Below, in pieces: positions 1-9,160 of a DNA stretch of 64,000 nucleotides. The stretch spans positions 1-64,000 of the forward strand of contig CAVSLC010000028.1 of NCBI GenBank assembly GCA_963728565.1. Reading direction: 5' to 3'. The position numbers were made by a program, and so were the translations under genes. The notes beneath the pieces are model-generated. The model was not told the origin of the DNA. It saw only the letters and a program-made list of their open reading frames with translations, and ran no database searches. The DNA is from an uncultured delta proteobacterium (GTDB lineage Bacteria; Desulfobacterota; Binatia; UBA9968). How positions within the stretch are numbered: the stretch's first letter is position 1; each line of letters starts with the position of its first letter.

Positions 1-827
1 TGGAAGGCATCGATACCGCCGTGCTGTTCGGCACTTCCCCTTTTTTGAGCCTTCCTTTTGTCGAAGACAAGGATCTGGCTTGCGCCGTGGCGCGGGTTTA
101 CAACAATTGGCTGGCTGATTATTGCAAGGCCGATCCGCGACGGCTGAAGGGGGTCGCTCTAACGGCAATCCAGGATCCGGTCGAAGCCGTAAAAGAACTA
201 CGGCGCGCCGTGGAGGAGCTGAAGTTCGTAGCTGTGGCGACACCGCCGATCTCGGCGTCGGGGAAAAATTTGGACCATCCCGATCTGTATCCTTTCTTTG
301 CCGAAGCGCAGCGGCTCGAAGTGCCGGTCTGTATTCATGTCGGCGCTGGCGACGGCGTGCCCGCGGGCACCGAACGATTCGATCATCCGCTGTACACTCA
401 CGCTCTGGCGCACCCGTTCGAACAGATGATTGCCGCGCTCTGCGTCGTCGCCGGCGGGTTGCTGGAAAAGTTTTCCGGACTGAAGTTTGCCTTTATGGAA
501 GCGGGTTGCGGCTGGGTGCCGTATTGGATGGAGCGCCTCGATGAGCATTACGAGATTCTGCAGCCGACGGTGCCTTGGCTCACCAAACCGCCTAGCGAAT
601 ACATGCGCAGCGGACAGATGTTCTATGCCTTCGAGATGGACGAGAAGATGCTGCCCTATGTCGCGGAATTCGTCGGGGCCGATCGGCTAGTGTTTGCCAC
701 CGACTATAATCATAGCGATTCCAAGTTTCCGCATACGGTGGAAGAAGTCATGGAGCGCACGGATATATCGGAAATCTTAAAGGCAAAAATCATGGGTGAA
801 AACGCCGCCAAACTCTACAACTTGTAA
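1..827 (+). CDS. Amidohydrolase family protein (Amidohydro_2), 5'-truncated by window edge
   Basis: Frame is open from the window start (EGIDTAVLFGT). Motifs YNNWLADYC, VCIH, FMEAGCGWVP, FATDYNH. Confidence 0.9.
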   Translation, partial: EGIDTAVLFGTSPFLSLPFVEDKDLACAVARVYNNWLADYCKADPRRLKGVALTAIQDPVEAVKELRRAVEELKFVAVATPPISASGKNLDHPDLYPFFAEAQRLEVPVCIHVGAGDGVPAGTERFDHPLYTHALAHPFEQMIAALCVVAGGLLEKFSGLKFAFMEAGCGWVPYWMERLDEHYEILQPTVPWLTKPPSEYMRSGQMFYAFEMDEKMLPYVAEFVGADRLVFATDYNHSDSKFPHTVEEVMERTDISEILKAKIMGENAAKLYNL

Positions 828-849
828 GCCGCCTAAGCCTTCAATTGTC

Positions 850-2472
850 TCAATGAAGGATCTGTTTGAAGAAATCGTTACCCTTGTCGTCGACTAGAAT
901 AAAAGCCGGAAACTCTTCGACTTCGATCTTCCAAACCGCTTCCATTCCCAACTCCGGATATTCGAGCACTTCGACTTTTTTGATGTTTTCCTTGGCGAGT
1001 ATCGCCGCCGGCCCGCCGATGGAGCCGAGATAAAAGCCGCCATACTTCTTGCACGCATCGGTAACCTGCTGGCTGCGGTTGCCCTTGGCGAGCATGATCA
1101 TCGATCCGCCGTGCGACTGAAACAAGTCGACGTAGGAATCCATCCGGCCCGCCGTCGTCGGACCAAAAGAGCCGGACGGCATTCCTTCGGGTGTCTTGGC
1201 CGGTCCTGCATAGTAAACGGGATGATCCTTGAGATATTGCGGCAATCCCTCGCCCCGATCCAACCGTTCTTTGATTTTGGCGTGAGCGATATCCCGGGCA
1301 ACGATCATCGTGCCGGTAAGTGAAAGCTGGGTCGTTACGTTATGCTTCGAGAGCTGCGCCAGGATTTCCTTCATCGGACGGTTGAGATCGACTCGCACCA
1401 CATTGCTGGCGACCTTACCGCGATGCTCTTCCGGAATCAGCCGGCCTGGATCGCGTTCCAATTCTTCGAGCCAGATCCCGTCGCGGTTGATCTTCGCTTT
1501 GACGTTGCGGTCGGCGGAACACGAAACGCCCATTCCCACCGGACAGGACGCGCCGTGGCGAGGTAACCGGATAATCCGCACGTCCAATGCGAAATACTTG
1601 CCGCCGAACTGCGCGCCATAGCCCGATTTATACGCGGCCTGCAACAGCTTCTCCTCGGTCTCGACATCGCGGAATGCGCGTCCGTGAGCATTGCCGGTGG
1701 TCGGCAGATGATCGAGATAGCCGGTGGTGGCAAGTTTGACGGTTTTGAGACACGCTTCGGCCGAAGTTCCGCCGATGACGAACGCCAGGTGATAGGGCGG
1801 GCAACCGGCGGTCCCCAGTGTTATCATTTTTTCCGTCAGAAACTTTTCCAAGCTCCCCGGATTCAGCAGAGCCTTGGTTTCCTGGTACAGCGAAGTTTTG
1901 TTGGCCGATCCGCCGCCCTTGGTGACGAATAGAAACTGGTACTCCATGCCGTCGGTGGCCATAAGATCGATTTGCGCCGGCAAATTGGTGCCGGTATCGA
2001 CCTCGTCGTACATGTTTAACGGCGCGGTTTGGGAGTAACGCAGATTTTCTTCGGTGTAAGTTTTGTAGATCCCTTTGGCCAGGTATTCTTCGTCCTTAAC
2101 ACCGGTCCAAACCTGCTGGCCTTTTTTACCGACGATCGTGGCCGTGCCGGTATCCTGGCAAAACGGCAGAATCCCCTTTGCCGCCGTGTCGGCGTTGCGC
2201 AGCATCGCCAGCGCTACATAGCGATCGTTGGCGGAGGCTGCTGGGTCCTTAAGGATCGCCGCAACCTTTTCAAGATGAGCGGTTCGCAACAAGAAAGACA
2301 CATCGCGAATGGCGACGTTCGAGAGATACGTCAGCGCTTCGGGTGCAACCTTCAGTATTTCTTTGCCTTCGAACTGAGTGACCGAAACGTGTTCCTTGGT
2401 TAGCAAGCGATATTTTGTCGTGTCTTTCTGTATCGGGAGCGGATCTTGGTAAACAAATTCAGGAGCAGCCAT
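850..2472 (-). CDS. fumA: Fumarate hydratase class I (Fe-S)
   Basis: Motifs [36 protein letters not shown]; 540 aa. Confidence 0.95.
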   Translation of the reverse strand: MAAPEFVYQDPLPIQKDTTKYRLLTKEHVSVTQFEGKEILKVAPEALTYLSNVAIRDVSFLLRTAHLEKVAAILKDPAASANDRYVALAMLRNADTAAKGILPFCQDTGTATIVGKKGQQVWTGVKDEEYLAKGIYKTYTEENLRYSQTAPLNMYDEVDTGTNLPAQIDLMATDGMEYQFLFVTKGGGSANKTSLYQETKALLNPGSLEKFLTEKMITLGTAGCPPYHLAFVIGGTSAEACLKTVKLATTGYLDHLPTTGNAHGRAFRDVETEEKLLQAAYKSGYGAQFGGKYFALDVRIIRLPRHGASCPVGMGVSCSADRNVKAKINRDGIWLEELERDPGRLIPEEHRGKVASNVVRVDLNRPMKEILAQLSKHNVTTQLSLTGTMIVARDIAHAKIKERLDRGEGLPQYLKDHPVYYAGPAKTPEGMPSGSFGPTTAGRMDSYVDLFQSHGGSMIMLAKGNRSQQVTDACKKYGGFYLGSIGGPAAILAKENIKKVEVLEYPELGMEAVWKIEVEEFPAFILVDDKGNDFFKQILH

Positions 2473-2717
2473 ATTCGTACCTCATCGTGAAAATAGTAAC
2501 GAAAAAATATCGGCTTGTCGATGTACCGCGATCGAGCGATTTCGGCTGTTTAGCAGTGATGGTTGCGTAAAATTCGCGCGCGAATTCGCGGTATCTACCC
2601 GGCGACAAGCAAGTTCTTCTCTGGTCGAAGCGACAGCAAAGACATTCGCGTTGCTTCGTCATAGGCCGTTGACATATCAACGCCTGCTCGACTACTTTCT
2701 CTGATAATGGAGGGCGC

Positions 2718-3710
2718 ATGAGAAGAGGAATTCTATCGCTTCTTTTTACTACGTTCTGTTTTGCGATCACGCAGCCCGCCTTGGCGCAAACGTATGAGCA
2801 GCTCATTGCCGGCGCAAAAAAGGAGGGCAGACTTATCCTCTATGCTTCGGCCACCGCTCCCCAGTTACAGATGTATTTTGCCGCGTTCAATAAAAAGTAT
2901 CCCTTTATCAAGACGGAATTCTTTCGCACCGGCAAACAAGCGCTGTTGAGTAAGGTCCTCCTCGAAGAGCAAGCCAAACAACGAATAGCCGACGTCATCC
3001 ACACCAGCGTCATCGAAACCAGCATCATGAAAAAACGCGGCGCGCTAAGCAAGTATGTCCCGCTCGAGGCGGCCGCTTACCCGGCGCAGTACAAGGATCC
3101 GGAAGGCCTTTGGACATCTGCCTACGCCAGCGGTACCCTTCTCGGATTTAATTCGCGCCAAGTTAAACGGCCCGAGGCGCCCAAGAACTACGAAGATCTA
3201 CTGAATCCGCGCTGGAAAAGCGCCATCGCCATCGATTCCAACAAGATCGAGTGGTTCGCGATGCTGTTAAAGCTCAAAGGCCAAGCCTTCATGGAGAAAC
3301 TTGCCGCCCAGCAGCCCACCGTCCGCTCCGGCAACACCTTGGTCTTGCAACTATTGGCTGCGGGCGAGTTTCCCATTTCTGCCGGCGTGTACGAATATTC
3401 GGTGGAGGAACTCAAGACCAGAGGAGCGCCGGTGGATTGGATCGGCTTGGAACCGGTCATCACTTACACCGTTGCTGTCTCGCTTCCGTCGCAACCTCCT
3501 CATCCGTATTCCGCGAAACTTTTTACCGAATGGCTGTTGTCAAAGGAAGGCCAGGAGGTCGTCAACCAGTATGGCCGGGTGCCGATTCGCGATGACGTGG
3601 ACTCCAAGTACGGCAAGATTCTCAAACAACACAAACTGCTGATGACCGACGTCGATCTCGGCCAGAAGGAAGCCGAAGTCAACGCCACATTTCGAAAACT
3701 ATTCCAATGA
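2718..3710 (+). CDS. ABC transporter substrate-binding protein (Fe/thiamine-type)
   Basis: Signal peptide; AKKEG..LY, P.NYEDLL.PRWK, PHP.SAKLF.EWLLS.EGQ. Upstream TTGACA-18-TACTTT at 2669-2698. Confidence 0.85.
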   Translation: MRRGILSLLFTTFCFAITQPALAQTYEQLIAGAKKEGRLILYASATAPQLQMYFAAFNKKYPFIKTEFFRTGKQALLSKVLLEEQAKQRIADVIHTSVIETSIMKKRGALSKYVPLEAAAYPAQYKDPEGLWTSAYASGTLLGFNSRQVKRPEAPKNYEDLLNPRWKSAIAIDSNKIEWFAMLLKLKGQAFMEKLAAQQPTVRSGNTLVLQLLAAGEFPISAGVYEYSVEELKTRGAPVDWIGLEPVITYTVAVSLPSQPPHPYSAKLFTEWLLSKEGQEVVNQYGRVPIRDDVDSKYGKILKQHKLLMTDVDLGQKEAEVNATFRKLFQ

Positions 3711-3761
3711 AAAGGGTCGAATTAACCTAAGCCGACAATAGTTGAGCGTGGTCAGCAATGA

Positions 3762-3908
3762 GCGAAGCTGGCGAGAGCGCAAGCCGTGGGCAGTCGAGCA
3801 CGCAGCTGGCTCTAAGGCTCGATGTACCAAACATCACATCAGGGGAATGCGGGGTGGCCTCTAAGGCACTGTCCGATTGCCCGCGGCTCTAGGGCTCGCT
3901 GGCCTCGC
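3762..3908 (+). ncRNA. Candidate structured RNA, family unassigned
   Basis: 3783-3796 pairs with 3874-3887 (14 bp) and 3767-3775 with 3895-3903 (9 bp). All four non-Watson-Crick pairs are G-U on the + strand. CTCTA(A/G)GGC occurs three times. Confidence 0.5.
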
Positions 3909-3980
3909 GGGATTCGAACAAGGTCGGATTGGGGTTAACTCTCAGTGCTATAAAATTTCGCTGATTGAAAAAGTACTTTT

Positions 3981-6323
3981 ATCGCCACCGAACAATTACA
4001 CACATACTGCTCAATGTGCACGTCGCGTTGCGGCGTTGTCGCGACTGTCGACGACGGGGTATTGACGCAAGTCAATGCCGACCCTGAGCACCCCAATGGT
4101 TGTATCTGCGTCAAGGGCGCGGCCGCACCGGAAATCGTTTACTCGCCGGACCGGCTACATTATCCAATGGTACGAACCAGACCCAAGGGCGATCCTGATC
4201 CCGGTTGGACCCGCATCACCTGGGACCAGGCGCTCAATCTCGCCGCGTTGCGACTCGATGATATAAAAGATAACTACGGCGCCGAAGCCGTCGTCTTTTC
4301 CCGCGCGACCACCGCCGGCAGTGCTTCCATTGACTTCGACGGCTGGCTGCAAAGGCTGGCCAATGCATTTGGCAGTCCCAACCTGCTCACTTCCAATCAT
4401 ATCTGCACTTGGAACCGCCGGGTCGGATCGAAGTACACTTTTGGCGTAGGCATGCCGCTGCCGGACTTTGACCATACGGAATGCATGTTGATCTGGGGCA
4501 TCAATCCGCCTGCCACTTCACCGGCGCAAGCGCTGCGCATCAACCGCGCGCGCCGGCGTGGCGCGAGACTGATCGTCATCGATCCGCGCAAGACTACGCT
4601 GGCGGCAAAAGCCGATTGCTGGTTGCGGGTTCATCCTGGAACTGACGGCGAGCTCGCGATGGCGATGATCCACGTTCTCATCGAAGAAAAGCTTTTTGAC
4701 GAAGAGTTTACCCGCCGTTGGACCAACGGACCATTGCTGGTTCGCTGCGATAACAATCAACTTCTCACGCAACGTGATCTGCAGATTAGTGGAGACTCGA
4801 ACACCTACATGGTGTGGAACGAACAAGAAAACGCGCCCAAAGCGATGGGAGATAATACTGCCGCGGCGCTTTTTGGCAGTTTCACTGTGGATCTCAGCGA
4901 TGGAACAGCCATCGAGTGTCGCACCGCGCTGCAAATGCTCGCAAACAAAGCCGCCGCACACGCACCCGAACAATCGGCAAGCATTACGACAGTTCCTCCT
5001 AGCCATGTCAGAAGGGCGGTGCGCCTGTTCGCGACGGAAAAACCGTCGAGCTACTGCACATGGGTCGGGCTCGAACAGGACTGCGACGCTATGCAAACCA
5101 ACCGCGCTGTCTGCTGTTTTTACGCGCTAACCGGCCAATTCGACGAGCGCGGCAGCAATGTTCTCTTCGCCACCACACCGAGCAATCCGATCAACGGCCG
5201 CGAGCTATTGCCGAAAGCGCAAGCGGATCGCCGGTTAGGAATCGCACAGCATCCGCTCGGTCCGCCCACCGATCCGGGACTCGTCCAGGCTGCGGCAGTC
5301 TACCGGGCCATTCTCACTGAGCGCCCGTATCCGATCAAGGCTCTGGTGTTATTCGGCAGCGATCCACTGCTCGGACACGGCGATCCGCTCCACGGCAAGG
5401 CCGCACTGGAAGCGGTTGATTTCTACATCCACGTGGACATTACGCTTAATCCCAGCGCGGCATTCGCGGATTTGTTGCTGCCGGCGACAACGTGTTGGGA
5501 GAACGAAGCCTTGATGCCGTCTTTCGAAATCGCCGAAGACACGCTCAATTGGGTGCAGCTCCGGCCGGCGGCGGCAAAACCGGTGGGCGAGTCACGCTCG
5601 GATATGGAAATTATTTTCGATCTAGCCCAGAGGCTCGGTTTGGCGGACCAGTTCTTCAACGGCGAGGTCGAAGCAGCTCTAAAGCATCAACTGGCTCCGG
5701 CGGAAATTTCCACGCAGGAACTGCGCCAAAATCGACTTGGAGTTCGAGCCAACGTCAGCACCAGGCACCGCAAGTACGCTGAGACTGATCCGCGCACCGG
5801 CGAAGCAAGAGGTTTCGAAACCGTCACGCGAAAGCTTGAAATCTATTCGGCTGCGTTCGCCAAAGCCGGCTACCCGCCGCTGCCGGTGTTCGAAACCCGA
5901 GTTGACGACACAGAATCGCGCTATCCGCTCACTTTGACGTTTTACCGCCTGGTGCAATTCTGCGACGAGCAACACCGCAACATCCCGCGCCTGCGGCGAT
6001 CGTTTCCCGAGCCGTTCGTCGAGCTTCATCCGAGCACGGCTAAAACTGAAGGCATCGAAGACGGTGAATGGATTTTGCTGCAAACCGCGAACGGGAAGGT
6101 AAAGCTAAAGGCGAAATTCAACGAGTCGTTGCATCCGGCGGTCGTGACCACCGTGTACGGGTGGTGGCAAGCCTGCCAAATATCCAAGCTCTGCGGTTAC
6201 GACCCGTTCAGTCCGACCGGAGCCAATGCCAACCTGCTCATTGCCAACTCGGATGTGGATCCGATCAGCGCATCGGTTGCGCATCGCTCGCAGAGATGTC
6301 GCATCGGAAAAGTATCTAGCTAG
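3981..6323 (+). CDS. Molybdopterin oxidoreductase catalytic subunit (DMSO reductase family, acetylene-hydratase-like); start uncertain
   Basis: N-terminal HTYCSMCTSRCG...CVKG Fe-S motif (first Cys lies upstream of the ATG at 4014), SPDRL.YPM, NHICTWN, AD.LLPATT.WE, and a C-terminal MopB_CT domain (VELHPSTA..EGI.DG). Confidence 0.85.
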   Translation: MATEQLHTYCSMCTSRCGVVATVDDGVLTQVNADPEHPNGCICVKGAAAPEIVYSPDRLHYPMVRTRPKGDPDPGWTRITWDQALNLAALRLDDIKDNYGAEAVVFSRATTAGSASIDFDGWLQRLANAFGSPNLLTSNHICTWNRRVGSKYTFGVGMPLPDFDHTECMLIWGINPPATSPAQALRINRARRRGARLIVIDPRKTTLAAKADCWLRVHPGTDGELAMAMIHVLIEEKLFDEEFTRRWTNGPLLVRCDNNQLLTQRDLQISGDSNTYMVWNEQENAPKAMGDNTAAALFGSFTVDLSDGTAIECRTALQMLANKAAAHAPEQSASITTVPPSHVRRAVRLFATEKPSSYCTWVGLEQDCDAMQTNRAVCCFYALTGQFDERGSNVLFATTPSNPINGRELLPKAQADRRLGIAQHPLGPPTDPGLVQAAAVYRAILTERPYPIKALVLFGSDPLLGHGDPLHGKAALEAVDFYIHVDITLNPSAAFADLLLPATTCWENEALMPSFEIAEDTLNWVQLRPAAAKPVGESRSDMEIIFDLAQRLGLADQFFNGEVEAALKHQLAPAEISTQELRQNRLGVRANVSTRHRKYAETDPRTGEARGFETVTRKLEIYSAAFAKAGYPPLPVFETRVDDTESRYPLTLTFYRLVQFCDEQHRNIPRLRRSFPEPFVELHPSTAKTEGIEDGEWILLQTANGKVKLKAKFNESLHPAVVTTVYGWWQACQISKLCGYDPFSPTGANANLLIANSDVDPISASVAHRSQRCRIGKVSS

Positions 6324-6413
6324 CGCAAAGTAATCAGCCGCTGGTTCAACTTGAACCCGAATTCCGCGGGAGAAATTGACACCTGTATATCGACGTTACG
6401 ATTAATTTTACTG

Positions 6414-7382
6414 TCAATTCAGCGGCAGAAACAGTTCTTCCAACGCCATTTTCTTCGTCATCAATCCTTGATCGAGCGAATAGCCAACGAAGCGTTCCAA
6501 GTTGGGGCGATTCTTTTCGAGGCCATAGGGCCAGGGATCGTCTCCCAAAAGTTTTTGTTCTTCTTCAAATGCCTGACGTCCCCAGGCCAGCCAGGACCAG
6601 TTCGGGTCGGCGTAGAATTCACGGCAGATCCGCTTTGCTTGTTCGAACGTATCGAAAAGGCTGCGCGCCGCTTCAGGATGATTTTTCAACACCTCGTCTT
6701 TGAACGCCACCACATGCATGATCGGGAAAAATCCGTTTTTGCCGAAATATCTGAGATCCTCCGCTTTCGGATCGGCAAACAGGCGGCGGATCTTTTTCGA
6801 GCCGCGCAGCACCGGCTTGGGCGGATGCGGTGTCATCATCGCGCTGATCTCGCCTGATTCGAGCATGGCGCCGATATCGGCGCTCTCCGGCAATCGATCG
6901 ATCTTAACACCCTTTTCCGGCTCAAACTCTATGTTGTCCTTCTTGCTAAGCACCCAGTGAATTTCCCGCCATGGAACATTGAATTCGCTTTGCAAGTCGC
7001 CTTTGGAAAGTGTCGCCAGAGTATTCTGGAAGCTATGCAAGCCAACTCGCTTGCCGATCAGATCATGCGGCGACTGAACCGCGGCATCCACGTTCACCCA
7101 CATTTGTGAAAGACTGAACAAGCGGCGCGGGAACACCGGAATCGCGGTAAACGGCATACCGCGGCTCTTGGCCATTAGATAAGAGGATAGCGATAGCTCC
7201 GCCACATCGAACTCAGAATGCTGCAACATCCGTTCATGGCGATCTTCGCCGTCCCGCTGTCGATCGGATTGACCCACGATCAAGATGTTGAGATCGATCC
7301 CGTCAGGCTGCGCCGTGCCATCGAAGAAAGGCACATGGCGATCATAATGGGACAGCGCAATGGATAATCTAGGCTTTGCCAT
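6414..7382 (-). CDS. 4,5-dihydroxyphthalate decarboxylase-like protein (periplasmic-binding-protein fold)
   Basis: HYDRH.P..DG, EFDVAELSLSSY, IPVFPRR.F, FPIMH.V, DPWPYG...NR..LE. Confidence 0.75.
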   Translation of the reverse strand: MAKPRLSIALSHYDRHVPFFDGTAQPDGIDLNILIVGQSDRQRDGEDRHERMLQHSEFDVAELSLSSYLMAKSRGMPFTAIPVFPRRLFSLSQMWVNVDAAVQSPHDLIGKRVGLHSFQNTLATLSKGDLQSEFNVPWREIHWVLSKKDNIEFEPEKGVKIDRLPESADIGAMLESGEISAMMTPHPPKPVLRGSKKIRRLFADPKAEDLRYFGKNGFFPIMHVVAFKDEVLKNHPEAARSLFDTFEQAKRICREFYADPNWSWLAWGRQAFEEEQKLLGDDPWPYGLEKNRPNLERFVGYSLDQGLMTKKMALEELFLPLN

Positions 7383-7469
7383 GAGCTTCTCCTCGATACG
7401 CGTTCATTCGCTGAGCATCTAAACAGCCAAAAAGTTGCCACAGATAAATGAACGCCGAACAATCAAGCA

Positions 7470-8798
7470 TCAGTCGACAGTTAGCAGCCGGGCCAATTCA
7501 CGCGCGCTGCCGAGAGATTCCAACCGACGGCTCGCTGCAATGATCTGATCCGACTTCTCCTTGCCCAGCACGGGCTCCAGCAACCAGGCGGCTTTCCTCT
7601 CCACCTCTTCAGGATTCATCGGGTTTTCCGGGCGACCACGGCAATTGCTCACGTGCTCGCGGAGCGTCTGTCCACTCTTTAGACTAACCTCGACCAAGCC
7701 CTGGAAGCGGGCGCCCGTTCGCTCCAGCTCCTCGTCCGGAATCAATTCTACCCTCTGTTTCATCTCCTGGACCCGGGGATCGTGAAAACGATTGTAATCA
7801 TGCGCTGATTCGAAAGTGAGTTTACCGTCTATTAAGATAGTCGAAACCATGTACTGCACATTCACGTCAGGCATATTTCGGTTGTTGACCGTGCGCGCGC
7901 CGCTCGCAGGTATGCGCACGACGACTCTCTCCACGTCCTGCGGTTGAACCGGCTGCTTGGCGAGCATCGCCAGGGTCGCATCGACGGTTTCCATCATCGG
8001 CGAACCCACCGGATATTTTTTTACTAGGCAGCTGGTGATCGTGAATCTTTGCCCGAGTTCACTCAATAGTTTACTCGGGTCACATGGCGCGTATGTCTTG
8101 ATGATGTTCTGGTCTCCTTCAAGGACGTCACGATTGCCGGTGAACCCTGACTGGACGAGCAGCGCAGCGGTTACGCCGTTGCGCGCCGGCATGCCCGCAT
8201 AGTCGAATGCCTTTTCGATGTGATCGTCGTCGCCAACCCAAGCGCGGGAACCCGAAGCTTGCTGGGCGGCATATGAAACCAAGTAACAAAGTTGCAAGTG
8301 ATCGAGTTCGGCCAGGGCTCCGGCCGCGGCGGAGGCGCCAAACGTCGCGCCGAAACTGGTGGAGCGAGGTTCGAATGCCTGATGAAAGCGGAAACCGATA
8401 TCGTATCCCAAAATGACGGCGCGCAGGAAAGCATCGCCATTACGCTGCTGCGACTCGGCGATGGCGAATGCGGCGGGCACGATGGCGCAGCCCGGGTGGA
8501 GCTGGCTGTTCGAATCGTCGGTTTCATCCGCATGACCCGACATTCCGTTAGAAAACGCGGCAACGATCGGCGTGGTTTTAAAATTGGACCCTAAAACGCT
8601 GCAAGTTTCTTTGCCTCCTTGTTGCCGCGCGTGCTGCAGGCCTAGCTGTCCGGGCTTCAGGCGGGAGCCCGAGACTACAGCAGCGAACGAATCGAGAATA
8701 TGGCTTTTCCCTTTTTGGATGACCTCCGTCGGCAGCGGCACCTGTCGCGCAGCCAACATATACTCGACGAGTGAGTCTATAATTTTTTTTGATGGCAT
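7470..8798 (-). CDS. MmgE/PrpD family protein
   Basis: NG..GHADETDD...HPG, A.NGV.AA.L...GFTG, K.YP, RG.PENPM. Confidence 0.9.
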   Translation of the reverse strand: MPSKKIIDSLVEYMLAARQVPLPTEVIQKGKSHILDSFAAVVSGSRLKPGQLGLQHARQQGGKETCSVLGSNFKTTPIVAAFSNGMSGHADETDDSNSQLHPGCAIVPAAFAIAESQQRNGDAFLRAVILGYDIGFRFHQAFEPRSTSFGATFGASAAAGALAELDHLQLCYLVSYAAQQASGSRAWVGDDDHIEKAFDYAGMPARNGVTAALLVQSGFTGNRDVLEGDQNIIKTYAPCDPSKLLSELGQRFTITSCLVKKYPVGSPMMETVDATLAMLAKQPVQPQDVERVVVRIPASGARTVNNRNMPDVNVQYMVSTILIDGKLTFESAHDYNRFHDPRVQEMKQRVELIPDEELERTGARFQGLVEVSLKSGQTLREHVSNCRGRPENPMNPEEVERKAAWLLEPVLGKEKSDQIIAASRRLESLGSARELARLLTVD

Positions 8799-8868
8799 GC
8801 CCCCTCCGTTAATCCCTACTCATTGTCCGTTGCATCTTCTTCTTCTGGTTTGGTGTGAAGAAAAGTCT

Positions 8869-8948
8869 CACCACAGAGGCACCGAGGTGCAGAGTTCGGA
8901 GTGAGCTTATCATACCCCTTTCTCCGCGTGCTCCGCGCCGCTGCGGTG
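8869..8948. repeat. REP-like imperfect inverted repeat with ~9-nt internal period
   Basis: CACCACAGAGGCACCGAGGTGCAGAG ... CTCCGCGTGCTCCGCGCCGCTGCGGTG. Confidence 0.55.
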
Positions 8949-9021
8949 CCATATCCACCCCTGATTCATAAGGAAGCGTGAAGAACTATTTACTTTGTCA
9001 CTCTCAAACAGTGTTGAGCCG

Positions 9022-9088
9022 ATCGTATGGTTACTCGTAAGCGCCTGTCAAGAAGACGTTGACACTATTTGATCAGATGCGTTATAGC
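9022..9088. promoter_or_regulatory. Back-to-back sigma70-type promoters for the divergent MmgE and SBP genes
   Basis: + strand TTGACA(9059)-18-TATAGC; - strand TTGACA(9051)-18-TACGAT. Confidence 0.5.
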
Positions 9089-9160
9089 CGTGATGTAGTT
9101 TCCTCTATTCGCTCGGCAGATCTTAACTGAAGGTGTGGCGCCTCAACAAAGGAGATTTCT

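Noticed and set aside
3841-3875. Cobalamin-riboswitch-like GGGAA-TGC...GCA-CTGTCC
   Set aside because: Lacks the CCCGCAACTGT segment and the B12 box; resemblance is only superficial.
3895-3925. GGGATTCGAAC, resembling a tRNA T-loop on the - strand
   Set aside because: No T-stem pairing or cloverleaf.
3966-3968. TGA in frame upstream of the Mo enzyme as a possible Sec codon
   Set aside because: TAA at 3951 closes the frame with no start codon in between, and the position is not catalytic.
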